A stretch of DNA of 63,657 bases, counting the filler. It is 16 parts of 16 records of this genome, joined end to end, with 100 filler letters (N's around TTAATTAATTAA, not from the genome) between each part and the next. Parts side by side here need not be neighbours in the genome. Positions count along the whole stretch, not along the records: positions 9,868 to 14,212 come from SRR15195285_19961; positions 14,313 to 18,093 come from SRR15195285_20055; positions 18,194 to 21,677 come from SRR15195285_20064; positions 21,778 to 25,868 come from SRR15195285_20105; 12 more parts are not named here. One strand, written 5' to 3'. The translations under genes were made by a program, and so were the position numbers. Shown in pieces: positions 12,901 to 22,493 of this stretch (its first letter is position 1; each line of letters begins with the position of its first letter). The notes under the pieces are model-generated. The model made no database searches and was not told the DNA's origin. It saw only the letters and a program-made list of their open reading frames with translations.

Positions 12901-13550
12901 CGTTGACCAAGAACGCGGCCACAGTATGGTGCGAGTATAGCAACGAGTAGCAGCGCATGCACTGTCGACATACAGGGACCTTGTGGCGCGGGGCGGCGCA
13001 GGCACGGCGCCCACGGTTCCCAGCACTGCTCAAGGCAGGTCCTTCTGATCGCGCTTTGGGGATGCGCTGTGTCAGTGCCACAAGTCGCAGGCATTTCAAC
13101 AGGCTCCGTGCAGCCTGGAAAATGTGTGCGCGCCGTGGCGCCGCGACAATTTACCTCAACGCAGCTGTCACATGCCAATTGATTTGTGCGGAGGAAAGAT
13201 TTGCAGCAATCGCTGCACACGTTGCACTTCGCTGGTAGACACCGGTGAGGCGTTGTCGGCGGCGGCGCCGGACACAGCTCAGCCACGCATTGCGCGCACA
13301 CACCAGCAACTTCGTCGAAGCAGCACATGTCGCACGCCGTGCAGTTTGTGCTTGATGAACAAATCTGGGCGTGTGTTTCACAGCTGGCGAGCACCGCGAG
13401 CGTCACAACTGTGCAGCTGCGTGCGCCGCCGCCGGCGTCCCGCATCGCCGCCGGCCCCCGTCTGGGACTCATCATCTGGCGCTGGTCATGAGCAGGTCTC
13501 TTCGTCCGATGTCTCAACATTATGTCGATGAGCGTGATCTCTGAGGCCAC
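9942..13550 (-). CDS. Multi-pass membrane protein with N-terminal Cys-rich repeats, a GOLD-like domain and a coiled coil
   Basis: 1202-aa ORF (true start probably a downstream Met). GOLD C-terminal motif PGKIVFVFDNSFSWFTDKTIKLTV, many hydrophobic helices, and an E/R/Q-rich coiled coil. Confidence 0.7.
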   Translation of the reverse strand: MASEITLIDIMLRHRTKRPAHDQRQMMSPRRGPAAMRDAGGGARSCTVVTLAVLASCETHAQICSSSTNCTACDMCCFDEVAGVCAQCVAELCPAPPPTTPHRCLPAKCNVCSDCCKSFLRTNQLACDSCVEVNCRGATARTHFPGCTEPVEMPATCGTDTAHPQSAIRRTCLEQCWEPWAPCLRRPAPQGPCMSTVHALLLVAILAPYCGRVLGQRLLTRVFSCNREPRLQHNRQGESNGFDSDDPYGESNGMPDWIDGRTYSETIRVTRKTDGHTLAIPWLLQADVCCSYSAQVEGDQDCCMEIRFERSTCTPDGNHEQEVVKNEGRTKKVVGKYKPAEPGKIVFVFDNSFSWFTDKTIKLTVTEDSRPAADVIEIQGVHMSYICREDSSWTNACSRAGLSTHLGVACTIGRLLFWHVLQPLAYIGAFWTVGYQLDSRQYALGWVVGVRELVYLALIAAAAVQNPAVFLLDINACYADSEATGEASATQIMSGGTSFLLMYTCMPAKFVQRAVLSKGGDMRSLAGLLTDIIVIFDLVSCFALICGWFVASVMPFPLAIGYIMTMIAGLMMAFEMVVSFGNRHRAGNYSTPGRIESGVDDGSPYEYSTGYDDEHVSVRPVDSDSCTRVGTLLLGALFLLWFSVGVAIVFDHMVGGVPWIHDTVGMIPWHKFGWTRAPLTAGLAMMASAVLSSVALVWPTTTGSIATFVIELVNLAETIFAVHLQHHSFSAYEVFGVFVLEPWIRQLFEGVVYGSSGQMVFAIGSECVQCYLFMKYCGCFIASSKVAESNGTLNATSRGSVAADLDTKYELAEHDLMSLNYPDLAARIFPAFAVFQIMAIITRWCGETSSMAARESALIRKEFDDRIAAETARLEQRRTQLEREEAEHARYGWPRTIYNVATAPVRFLWNPIGYLVNGDSVAAERRRRFGAEANDMQRQQNGLEKLERARQGQDTVQQEKQAAQQFKVFQSLTGLMFTLMSPESPFRAEWFDQANGCFCFSAGLALGTRFKMKRREREIEALSSMPENTSFHYMEYIIRKQEQPFLEMQAKLHDWIIVPVATSTVLITWCKYLPTLIHANGYPMFDSQMALLTLGLTPPLAIFYYTHLSRRRFIEQNKHTGRRCLEVEAKCLFCCLDFLGMMVALVVVFMIVVADLIWCLSPLSFWESIWLAFLGCSVLLGCLLLRVWCEDQRRTLERSDGQ

Positions 13551-13816
13551 TGATCAGACGGTTCAGCACGCGTCCCATCTACCCTTCGTTCGTTGTGGCA
13601 GACGCCCGCATCTCCGAGAGGAGTCCTCCCGGCGCCAGCAGCATGCATGCGCACTCTGCTACAGTGCCGCCTCACCGCTGGGATTCCGACCATCCTGCTC
13701 GAGCAAAAAGTCCTTGGACAGCCATTTTCCAAGGATAATAGTACTTCAATAGTAATCCACACTACATGTACACGTACATATACAATACATATGTATTTGA
13801 ATACATACAGAGAGAC

Positions 13817-13860
13817 GCGGAGCAGTGGCGCGGGCGGAGCAGTGGCGCGGGCGGAGCAGC
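13817..13860. repeat. 17-bp tandem repeat (about 2.5 copies) just upstream of an ATG
   Basis: gcggagcagtggcgcgg x2 plus a partial copy. Confidence 0.8.
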
Positions 13861-13863
13861 GCT

Positions 13864-14212
13864 ATGCCGAAGGGGAAACCTCACCCCCGTATGTCGTCGT
13901 CAGACGACGATGAAGACGACACGACTCCACTCTGCGAGCTGAAGGGCGTACAGGTGGCGAAGACCGCGAAGACGGCGGCGGCTGCGTTCAAGGAGAAGGC
14001 AGCTGCTGACAAGAAGGCAGCCGCCGAGCTCAGGAAGCAGCTTCAGAAGCGCAAGAGGGAAGCTAAGGACGTGGAGAAGGCGGCGAAGGAAGAACAGCGG
14101 AAGGCGGTGAAGGAGCAGAAGGAGCGCGAGAAGGCGCTGGCCGAAGAGGAAAAGGCGAAGAAGGCGACTGTTCTGCGAGTCGCCTCAAATGTGGTTCCGA
14201 CGACAATTCTGA
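13864..14212 (+). CDS. K/E/A-rich coiled-coil protein, N-terminal fragment
   Basis: ATG at 13864 (MPKGKPHPRMSSSDDDEDD...), coding-like codon usage, open to the contig end. Confidence 0.55.
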
Positions 14213-15076
14213 NNNNNNNNNNNNNNNNNNNNNNNNNNNNNNNNNNNNNNNNNNNNTTAATTAATTAANNNNNNNNNNNNNNNNNNNNNNNNNNNNNNNN
14301 NNNNNNNNNNNNCTAGGGCCAAGTCCCACAGTGGGCATTCTAAGTTGCAAAGTAAGGGACGATCGTGCCGATAGCATACAATCATGTGTGGCTACTGCGT
14401 GCGAGTTTCAGCCGCATATGCGCTAATGTTCATTCGTATCCAAAGGACCCATCAATACCACGCTCTCCATGATCTTAAACGTGCGGAGTGGCTCATACAT
14501 TATTTTCCGTTGTCCTTGCATGCCCTAGTAGTCATGGAGCACGTCTAAGAGAGACCTGTAGTAGTAGTATTGAGGGTCCTCCTGCTGCTGCTGCTGCTGT
14601 GGCGGCGGCTGTGGCTGTGGCTGCGGTTGAAGAGATTCTAGGCGGTCTCTGCGAGAAGCAAACCCAGTGCCAGCTGTCTGCCGGATCGGGCTCGGGCGTG
14701 ACGAAATTTCAGGAACGCCGAAACTGATCACGTCCGTGCTGGTTTGGTCTGGTTGTGACTAGGAGCCCACGAAGAAGGTGCAATTATCTTGCCCTAAAGA
14801 GAGACCTGGTGGACCATCTGAACAATTCTATCAAACAGAGCTCTCAAAGATGCGCGTGCAAACCCACAGCGGTTCCACTAGGCCTGGAATAATATGGCTG
14901 CGCGGAGACGGGTATCAGCCAGAGGGCGACACCATGCATTGCTTTTCCAGGCTGGTGATTTGTGGCGCCACGGTTTGGTTTGGTCCCTGAAGGTATGTGT
15001 GGAGGGCTGTCCACTTAAGAGTGGACCTTTGTAGTGGCTGGCAAAATACATTTGTTCAGCACCGTAAAGTAATTTG

Positions 15077-17605
15077 CTAGAGGTCGTTGTCCGTCGTGCC
15101 CCGCACCTGCGAGAGCAGTGGCCGCCTTTGCTCTCTCATCCTGCTGCCTCTCGAGCTCTGTCTCTTGGATTTCGATGGCTGATAAATCTCACCTTGCTGA
15201 CTTTGCTGCTGCTGCTGGTGTGTGGCGTCACGAGACCGCGCCGCGGCCCCCGTCCCTAGATCGCGTACTTGGCGAACACCAAGCGTGCCATTCGACCCCC
15301 GACTACCGTTGCCATAGATACCCGCCCGTCGGTAGTTTTGCTCGGCACGTGCATTAAACTCTCGCCGGTAGTCGAAGTTGTCGCCGGAGAACTGATTCTG
15401 ATCGCGACGGTAGTCATCGAGACCATGCGTGGCGTCGAATCCCACCGTGTGCCGCTTGAATCTAGGATTAGTGATCACCCGAGTGGAATTGTGATAGATG
15501 AGATATCTATCCAGCATGTACGCGCAAAAGAACAGCACCGTCGCAACCGCGTGCAGCCCGTAGCCAACAAACGCGTACGTAATAACACGCCAGCTCCTCC
15601 ATGACGTATTGAAGCAGTGATCATAGAAGAATATCGGCGCGTAGATCCCAGTAACGCCGCCGACGAGGTTGAACGCGGACTGAATCGACGCCTGCTCTGT
15701 CTGCGCAACTTGCATCGATATCATCGCAAATTGTGCCGGCCCGTAAATCGCATCGACGAATGGCCGGATCACCTCCTTTGTGATTGTACCAACCCACTTT
15801 GCCCAGAAGAGATCCGTACCCCAAGAGCCATCGCCTGTAGGACAGTATATCGCAGACAACAGCCACACACAACGAGCTGGTAAGTTATTGACGGACAAAA
15901 CATGACCACAGCAGCGGCTAGCAAGTCTGGACACCATGAGGATCGGCAGCACACACGCACCGCAAAGGGTGGAGCCCCAGCAATCGTAGTGATTCATACA
16001 CCAGATCGGCCACATATCGGCCAGAATGCCTATCACAATATGTGCACTATAACCCCAAAAGATGGCACGCCACACTCCAATCCGCGGGATGACGAATGCA
16101 GCAACGAGATTTGCAGGTATGCCGACACCCATTCTCACGAGGTGTGGGACAAGCATCTGCTCCTGTTTAAACTTGAGAGGTCCCATCCACAGCTGCTGAC
16201 CAGCAACTGTCATCATTCCACGGCTTGCGAAGCTGTTTATCGCTATTGATGGGACGATACCCACAAGGAGTGGGTACTTGAGCACCACTTTCACCGAGTT
16301 CCAGTAGTATCTGGTCAAGAATGCAATGGCGTGATCCGCACATACACAACATCCACAATAGTCAAGAGTCGTTTGCTGTTCAGAGAGATTTATGCTGGTC
16401 GGCCGTGGGCAGATTAACAGTCTAGCAGGCGTGCTACGTGTGCTTGGGTGAATAGCTCGGCACGTGGGTGTGCTTACGTCAGTGGGAGGAAATCCCAACG
16501 GTCTATCGGCTTCCTCAACTTGTCAGGCATAGACTCCGGCAAGAAAAAGAGGAAGAAGGCCAGGCAGACGAAGTCTGTAGAGAGCGAAATCACCCAGAAA
16601 ATGGTGTCTGGAAGCACGCGAACACAAATGAATGGACTCGGGGGCAAGCATGTGACGATAGGGCAGAGCACGATGCTGAACCAGAAATCAAGGCAACGGG
16701 CCAAAATGCGCACAATTGTCGAGGTGTGCTCGGAGCAGAGGGTAGCCGATGGCCGTCACAAGCAGCTGGCCTGGGATACCGAACAGCCCCAGAATCGGGA
16801 ATCCCTGCTCGCGCATATCAGTCGGGATCAGGTCCACCATCATCGCCATAAATGTTGGCCCGCTGCCACTCGCCATACCGCTCAACAGCGCCGAGGCGTA
16901 GAGCAGGTAAGCATCCGGATCGTGCCGGACGAACCAGGGCAGCGAGGAGAGGAGGTTGCAGACGATCGACTTAATGCCAAGTAGATGGCCGAAGAAAAAG
17001 ATTGGTTTGCGCCCCCGCTTGTCAGCGATACCCGCGCCGATCGGCATGAAGAACAACGACGTGAGCGTCAGGTACGATGACCTGCCGGCGTTGAGCTTAG
17101 TGGTGAAAGAGCGCACATACGCGAAGTTGGGGCAGTACACAGAGTGGCTCCACGATGGGTCGTCGCGCTTGAGGACTGGAACGTCACATGCCTTGATTTT
17201 TGAGACGTTCAGGTGGTAATTGTTGAACGTGTCCGGCCAGTGTACGTCGAAGTGTGAAGGGAGTGACTTGGGCGTCCCAGACTCCCCGCAGCAGCTCGTG
17301 CGCGAGTAGAAGAACGGCATCCCGACCTCGCCGTCAATGCCACCGTGGATGCCCATGACGATTCCGCACACTTGCAGGAACCACGTCATGCGGATGATTT
17401 CCGGTAGCCACTTGGGACCTCGAGGCTCTAGATTCCACTTCGCCCGCCACATCCGCGTCCACCAGCCCAAGCGCTCCTCCGCCTCCCAGTCGACCAGATC
17501 CACCGGCTTCTCGTCCCATAATACCTCGCCGTCATCAACCTTGCTGCGTTGGGGCTTCTTCTTGTCTGACGGCGGGCTCGTCTCCTCGGCCCGATAGTCG
17601 AACAT
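15077..17605 (-). CDS. Major facilitator superfamily transporter (TetA/MFSD14/SLC46-like)
   Basis: Motif A GAGIADKRGRKPIF, AMMVDLIP, FFLPESMP, ISMQVAQTEQASIQSA. Introns 16713-16608, 16478-16312 and 15960-15835. The 3' end may splice on to the Q/P-rich ORF at 14525-14731. Confidence 0.85.
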
Positions 17606-18193
17606 CGCAGTGGCAGGCGACAGCAGTCGAGTGGACGACAACGGACCCAGTCAATGCAACCGCTACTGAGCGAGTGAAGTGTGGGCAAATGGATGACGCG
17701 GCGACGCCACGACCACGATGACGCTCCAGTAGTACTCCCTGCGTTCCATGCACCATGATACGCGGAACCGGGAAGGGAACAAGCACGCTCTCATGGGCGC
17801 TGCTCGGCTCACCGCGGGGAAATGTGCCCCCACCCCTCCCCTCACCACCCAGAGGACGCGGTGCCGTGACGGATGTCGCGCACACTGCGCCTGCTCATAC
17901 GCGCGATACCGCAGTAGTACTGCGTACTGGTACTATGCGAGTACGACCTCAAGCTAGCTAGCTCAGAGGCAGATGCATGTAGTAGTACCAAGCAGTACAG
18001 CTGTACGTACCGAGTACCCAGCCAGGCTGTACCCAGGTACAGACTTAATCCGTCACGCGGAGCTGCAAGGGATCCGAACCTCACAAGCAGCAGNNNNNNN
18101 NNNNNNNNNNNNNNNNNNNNNNNNNNNNNNNNNNNNNTTAATTAATTAANNNNNNNNNNNNNNNNNNNNNNNNNNNNNNNNNNNNNNNNNNNN

Positions 18194-20823
18194 GTCTCTC
18201 CATCGGTCCACTTAACTTTGACCCCTCTGTCTGAGTAGGGTGGTGCGGTCAGTAGCGCACCAACTTTTCCGTTGTACTTGACGGCGGCGCCTTTCTCGCA
18301 CCAGTACGAGTCCGGAGTAGCTAGGTACAGTGATGTAAGCTTGCACACACGAATGCTTTGTGTCTTCCCGTACACGTTGCAGACTCCGTAAACGCCTGCG
18401 TCGCCTGGTAGTGAAATGGCTTTTTCGGTAATTTTCTTTCTCCCGCGCGCAGAGTTTCCATCCACCCAAACTTGGAAGCTGGCATCTGGAAAGAACGCCA
18501 CTTGGACACGTTGACCACTTCGCAAGCCTGCATTGTCGATTAGTGATGAGCCCCCAGTCGATAGCGACCACACGTCAGTTCCCACGGTGCCAAGATCACT
18601 CACATTCTCAGCGTTGGGAATTTTCGGCGCAAGCACGGACGGAAGACGCGTCGTGAAGCCCAGCTCAACGGCACCCGCAAAGTCGGCAGAGTTATCAAGC
18701 ACCTCGATTTCATATCTCCACGACTTATCGGGGCATGGAGTCAACGGTTTATCCAGCAGTGCGATCGCAATGTAGAAGCTGTCTGTACGAGTGGCGGTGG
18801 TGTTGCCGTCAGACAACGAGCAGTTGCGACCCGTGGTAATGTGGAACGTTGGGCATTCTTCAACCGGCTGTTCTGGCGCCTGTTCTGCCACCTCTCTTAA
18901 GTCGCGCTCCAGCCGCTTCGCTCTCCGGCAAGCATCTGACGCAGCCAGACGATCCGTCACTGACACCCTCAGCAGAGCAGAGACGAGAGGCCGAGATAGC
19001 CGCGGTATCCCCTCTTCTCGGTATCCCGCGTCAGTGTAAGTGGCAGGGTGCTCCATGTCACCAAACGGATCGGTGTCCACACTCGAGAGCAGCTCGAATG
19101 CTATCATTCCTGTCCCCCACTCGTCCGTCTTGGAGTAGTCGAGGAAGACATCTGGACCAGGCTTGGGTAGTACAACCTCTGGGGGCAGAGCAATTGGAGC
19201 TCCACCACGGCGGATACCATCGTAGGGCATAGGAACGCGACAGCTGACGATGCGGTTCTTGGTCAAGTCCAGGCACATCCCAAAATCTGTGAGCACGGCC
19301 GCTTCACTTTCTGCACCAGGGTTTGCGATCAGGACATTGTCTAGCTTGACGTCGCGGTGGACGATTCCGTGTTGCTTCAGATGACGGACAGCTTTCAGCA
19401 AATCGTGGACGATCTTTACTGCTCGCAGCTCTCCGAACGCGCGTCCCTGTTGCCGCGTCCGCTTGTAAACTCGTTTCAGATCGTCGGCGAAGTACGGCAT
19501 TATGACAAACAACGTGCGAGGGTTGACGATGTCGGCCTCGAAGTCCCAGGAGGGTAGGCCCGTGGCGTCGTCTGTGAATGAGTGCAACACTACCATGACA
19601 TGGCGATGCGCGGGGAGGCGTTCCGGGTCGGAAAGCAGAGCCGTTTCTGCATCGAATTCCTCAGTGATGGCGGTGGAGTTGGCCGTGTCTCCCATGTTGA
19701 GCATGACTTTGATCGCGAGCTGGACAGGAGGACCACTGCGTGGCTGTGCAAGGTACACGTAAGAACAGACTCCGCTCTGCGAGATTGATGAGCTCCTGCC
19801 GCCTCCAGCCGTGAGGTCCTTGCCACCGACCTTTTTGATAACCTTGAAATCCGCCAGCTTTTTGCTAACCAGTTGTGCGCGCATCGTAGCGGTCTGCTCC
19901 TCCGCCTCTCGATCGACCGACGTATCGGCTTCCTCGACGCGGAGGATCAGATGTAGCTCGCTTGCGTTCTGACAATTATAGTCCTTCAACGACATGTGGT
20001 CTTCCAGTTCTCTGCCGGCGAAGATCAAGCGGCAGGCAGAAACATCCAGGCTGGCAGAAGTTGCGATGCTAGATCGCAATTGAGCGACAGTGGTGGAGAT
20101 GCCATGATCTGCTTGGACCCGCAGTGTACCTCCGTCCGGAGTCTTGACCCACAACTCGATTTCGGCTGCGGGAACGGGAGACGGCGCTGGTGCAGGAGCG
20201 GGGGTGGGGGCGGGAGCGGGGGCGGGAGCGGGAGCGGGAGCTGGAGCTGGAGCTGGAGCTGGCGCTGGCGCTGGAGCGGCGGGGGCCGGGGGTGGCGCCG
20301 GAGCAGGATTCGGGTCCGGTTGTTGTGCTGGTACGGGAGCGGGAGCTGGCGCCGGCTGTGGCTGGTGTTCTGGCGGGACAGCTTCCTCGTCGATCGCCTC
20401 CCCTGCCAGGAACAGCTCTGGGAACGAGATGACCCCGTCCCTGTCAACATCCATGGCATCAAATTGGTCCGCGATGGTGCCCCCTGCTCGAGCGCGCATC
20501 TTGTCTGGCGGAATCCGCATGCACTCGACACGACTGAGGTAGCCATCCTGGTCCTCATCGAAATCCACAAAGAGCGCGAGCATTTTTAACAGCTCGTTCA
20601 GCTTCTGGAGCGCTCGGTTCCGCAGCAGCAGTTTCCTGCGAGGCGTTTTAGGGAGCGCTTCGAGCACCTCTCGCAGCTTCGTGTCATGCCCTTCCTCGGT
20701 ATCGATGCAATCGCCAAAGTCCGAGAGGGAGGCCACCTCCAACTCCTCGAGGCACGCCGCGAAGGACGGGATGGCCACCAGGTCGGAGAGCTCCGCCGGC
20801 CACGCGTCTGCAGAGCCGTCCAT
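18194..20823 (-). CDS. EF-hand / Pro-Ala linker / ubiquitin-like / PINK1-like Ser/Thr kinase / Neuralized(NHR)-like protein; 3' truncated
   Basis: Intronless ORF. EF-hands DEDQDGYLSRVE and DVDRDGVISFPE. Ubl at 20160-19939 (RLIFAGRELED..SLKDYNCQNASELHLILR). Kinase motifs LAIK, HRDVKLDN (HRD at 19359-19351), DFG and LPPEV. NHR-like FH...GRNCSLSDGNTTATR...VYGVCNVYGKTQSI. Confidence 0.9.
20165..20360. repeat. Coding hexanucleotide repeat encoding a (Pro-Ala)n linker
   Basis: GGAGCT/GGAGCG/GGCGCT units on the + strand, read as PAPAPA on the - strand. Confidence 0.85.
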
Positions 20824-22493
20824 GTGGCACTACTAGTGGGCCCACCAGGGTGCGGTGCAGGCACCAAGGTCCTTGGTGGAGGATTTGCCGTCCCTACTAA
20901 ATATATGCAGCTGGCCTCTCTTAGTAGAGTGAAGAAAGCACCCAGAAACGAGTGCTCACACCCAGAAGCACGAGCGTCAACGCCCGGCTCGAAGACCTGT
21001 GGTGACAGAGCCAGAGCGGCAACGGCGCCCCTGCTCACGCAGTGCTAGGCCGCTCCTCACCCACCCCTACCCGATCCTCCTCAGCCACACCACACCCAGA
21101 CGCAAAAGACCACACCCCGAAAGCCCAGAAGCACGGGCCCACTGCCAGCACGAACCCCTAAAGACGAGAAGGGGAAAGCCCGAACCCAGGCTCCCTCGCC
21201 AACTGTCAGGTGGCTGACGGTGACTGACGGAGCCACCGACCCTCCAGTCCCACAACTCCAAAGGCCCCACCCCGCCCCACCCCGCCCCCCCTATAGACTA
21301 GGAGAGCAGAAGGCTAGCAAGGGCAGCAAGGGTAGCTAGCCCGCGGATGCACGGGTCGGGACCCCACCACGCCTCCGCGGCACCGTCCCCTCGCCGGAGC
21401 CGCACAATTTTCCATGGCCACGTAGTCCAGCACACAGACTTTCTGTTTCTCGATCATATCTCAGATTCTCAGTCCCCTCCCTCCCTCACATTGTACCATA
21501 GATTGTTCTTTGTTGCATTCTGTTCCCGAGCTCTCGTGTCTCGACCGGCTCAGGGAAGTGGCTGTGCACCTGTGCAGTCCGCTGTGGACCGTACCGGTCT
21601 GTGGTCGATTGTCCGGCGGCAGAGACGGATCGAACGTACAGCTGTACAGTACTGTACATTTGCCTTCGTCTGACATANNNNNNNNNNNNNNNNNNNNNNN
21701 NNNNNNNNNNNNNNNNNNNNNTTAATTAATTAANNNNNNNNNNNNNNNNNNNNNNNNNNNNNNNNNNNNNNNNNNNNTGGCCGACGTGATACAGCGGTAT
21801 TTTCGCGATTTTGAGGCACTTAAGAGATGAGATATGTGGTTTGGTGCGTCACCGTAAATGTCATTCAGTTCAAACTTTCCAGCTTTTCGACCTATTCGGC
21901 ACCGCGCAGACAGCTGTTGATCTCATTCCATTCAAAAATTACAGCTGGAGCGATATGTTTATTACTGCAGACGGTAGGACGGTGGGAGACGGTGGGAGAG
22001 CTGGGAGGACCCTATGATTGTTCCTCCGGGTATGTATGCACGAACTGTAGATCATGAGGGTGAGAGTACAGAGGTAGACTGCGCACACGTACAACCGTAG
22101 CGGATTAGGGGTGATGATTTCGACCTGGAAGGTCTCCTCGGGCCTCACTAGCGCTGTGTGTGTCGAGACCTTGGCCGCTACCGGGCAGCATGATCAATCC
22201 GGCACTCCTAGATCTAAAAGTACAGATGCAAACAGCCAGCGAGTAGATGAGCGCCACGCCGATGAAGAAGATGCGATTCGCGCGTAAGCAGCGTTGAAGA
22301 CTCTCGTCTTGCCATTGGTATTGTTTGCCATAACAGCAGTAGCAACATTTTGATCGCTACTGGACAACTAGCAGTTGGTGCACGGTGGCATCTTGCCGTT
22401 CGCTATGCAGTTCATTTCGTATGGCCCTGAACTTTGAGCAGCATGCGCTCTTTGTGCCCATGGCACTACTGCGACAAATGGTTTGTTCTCGAT

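Noticed and set aside
21778-22480. AT-richer non-coding contig starts (also 49739-50340 and 59579-60070) as possible transposon remnants
   Set aside because: No terminal repeats, transposase motifs or second copies are visible in the window.
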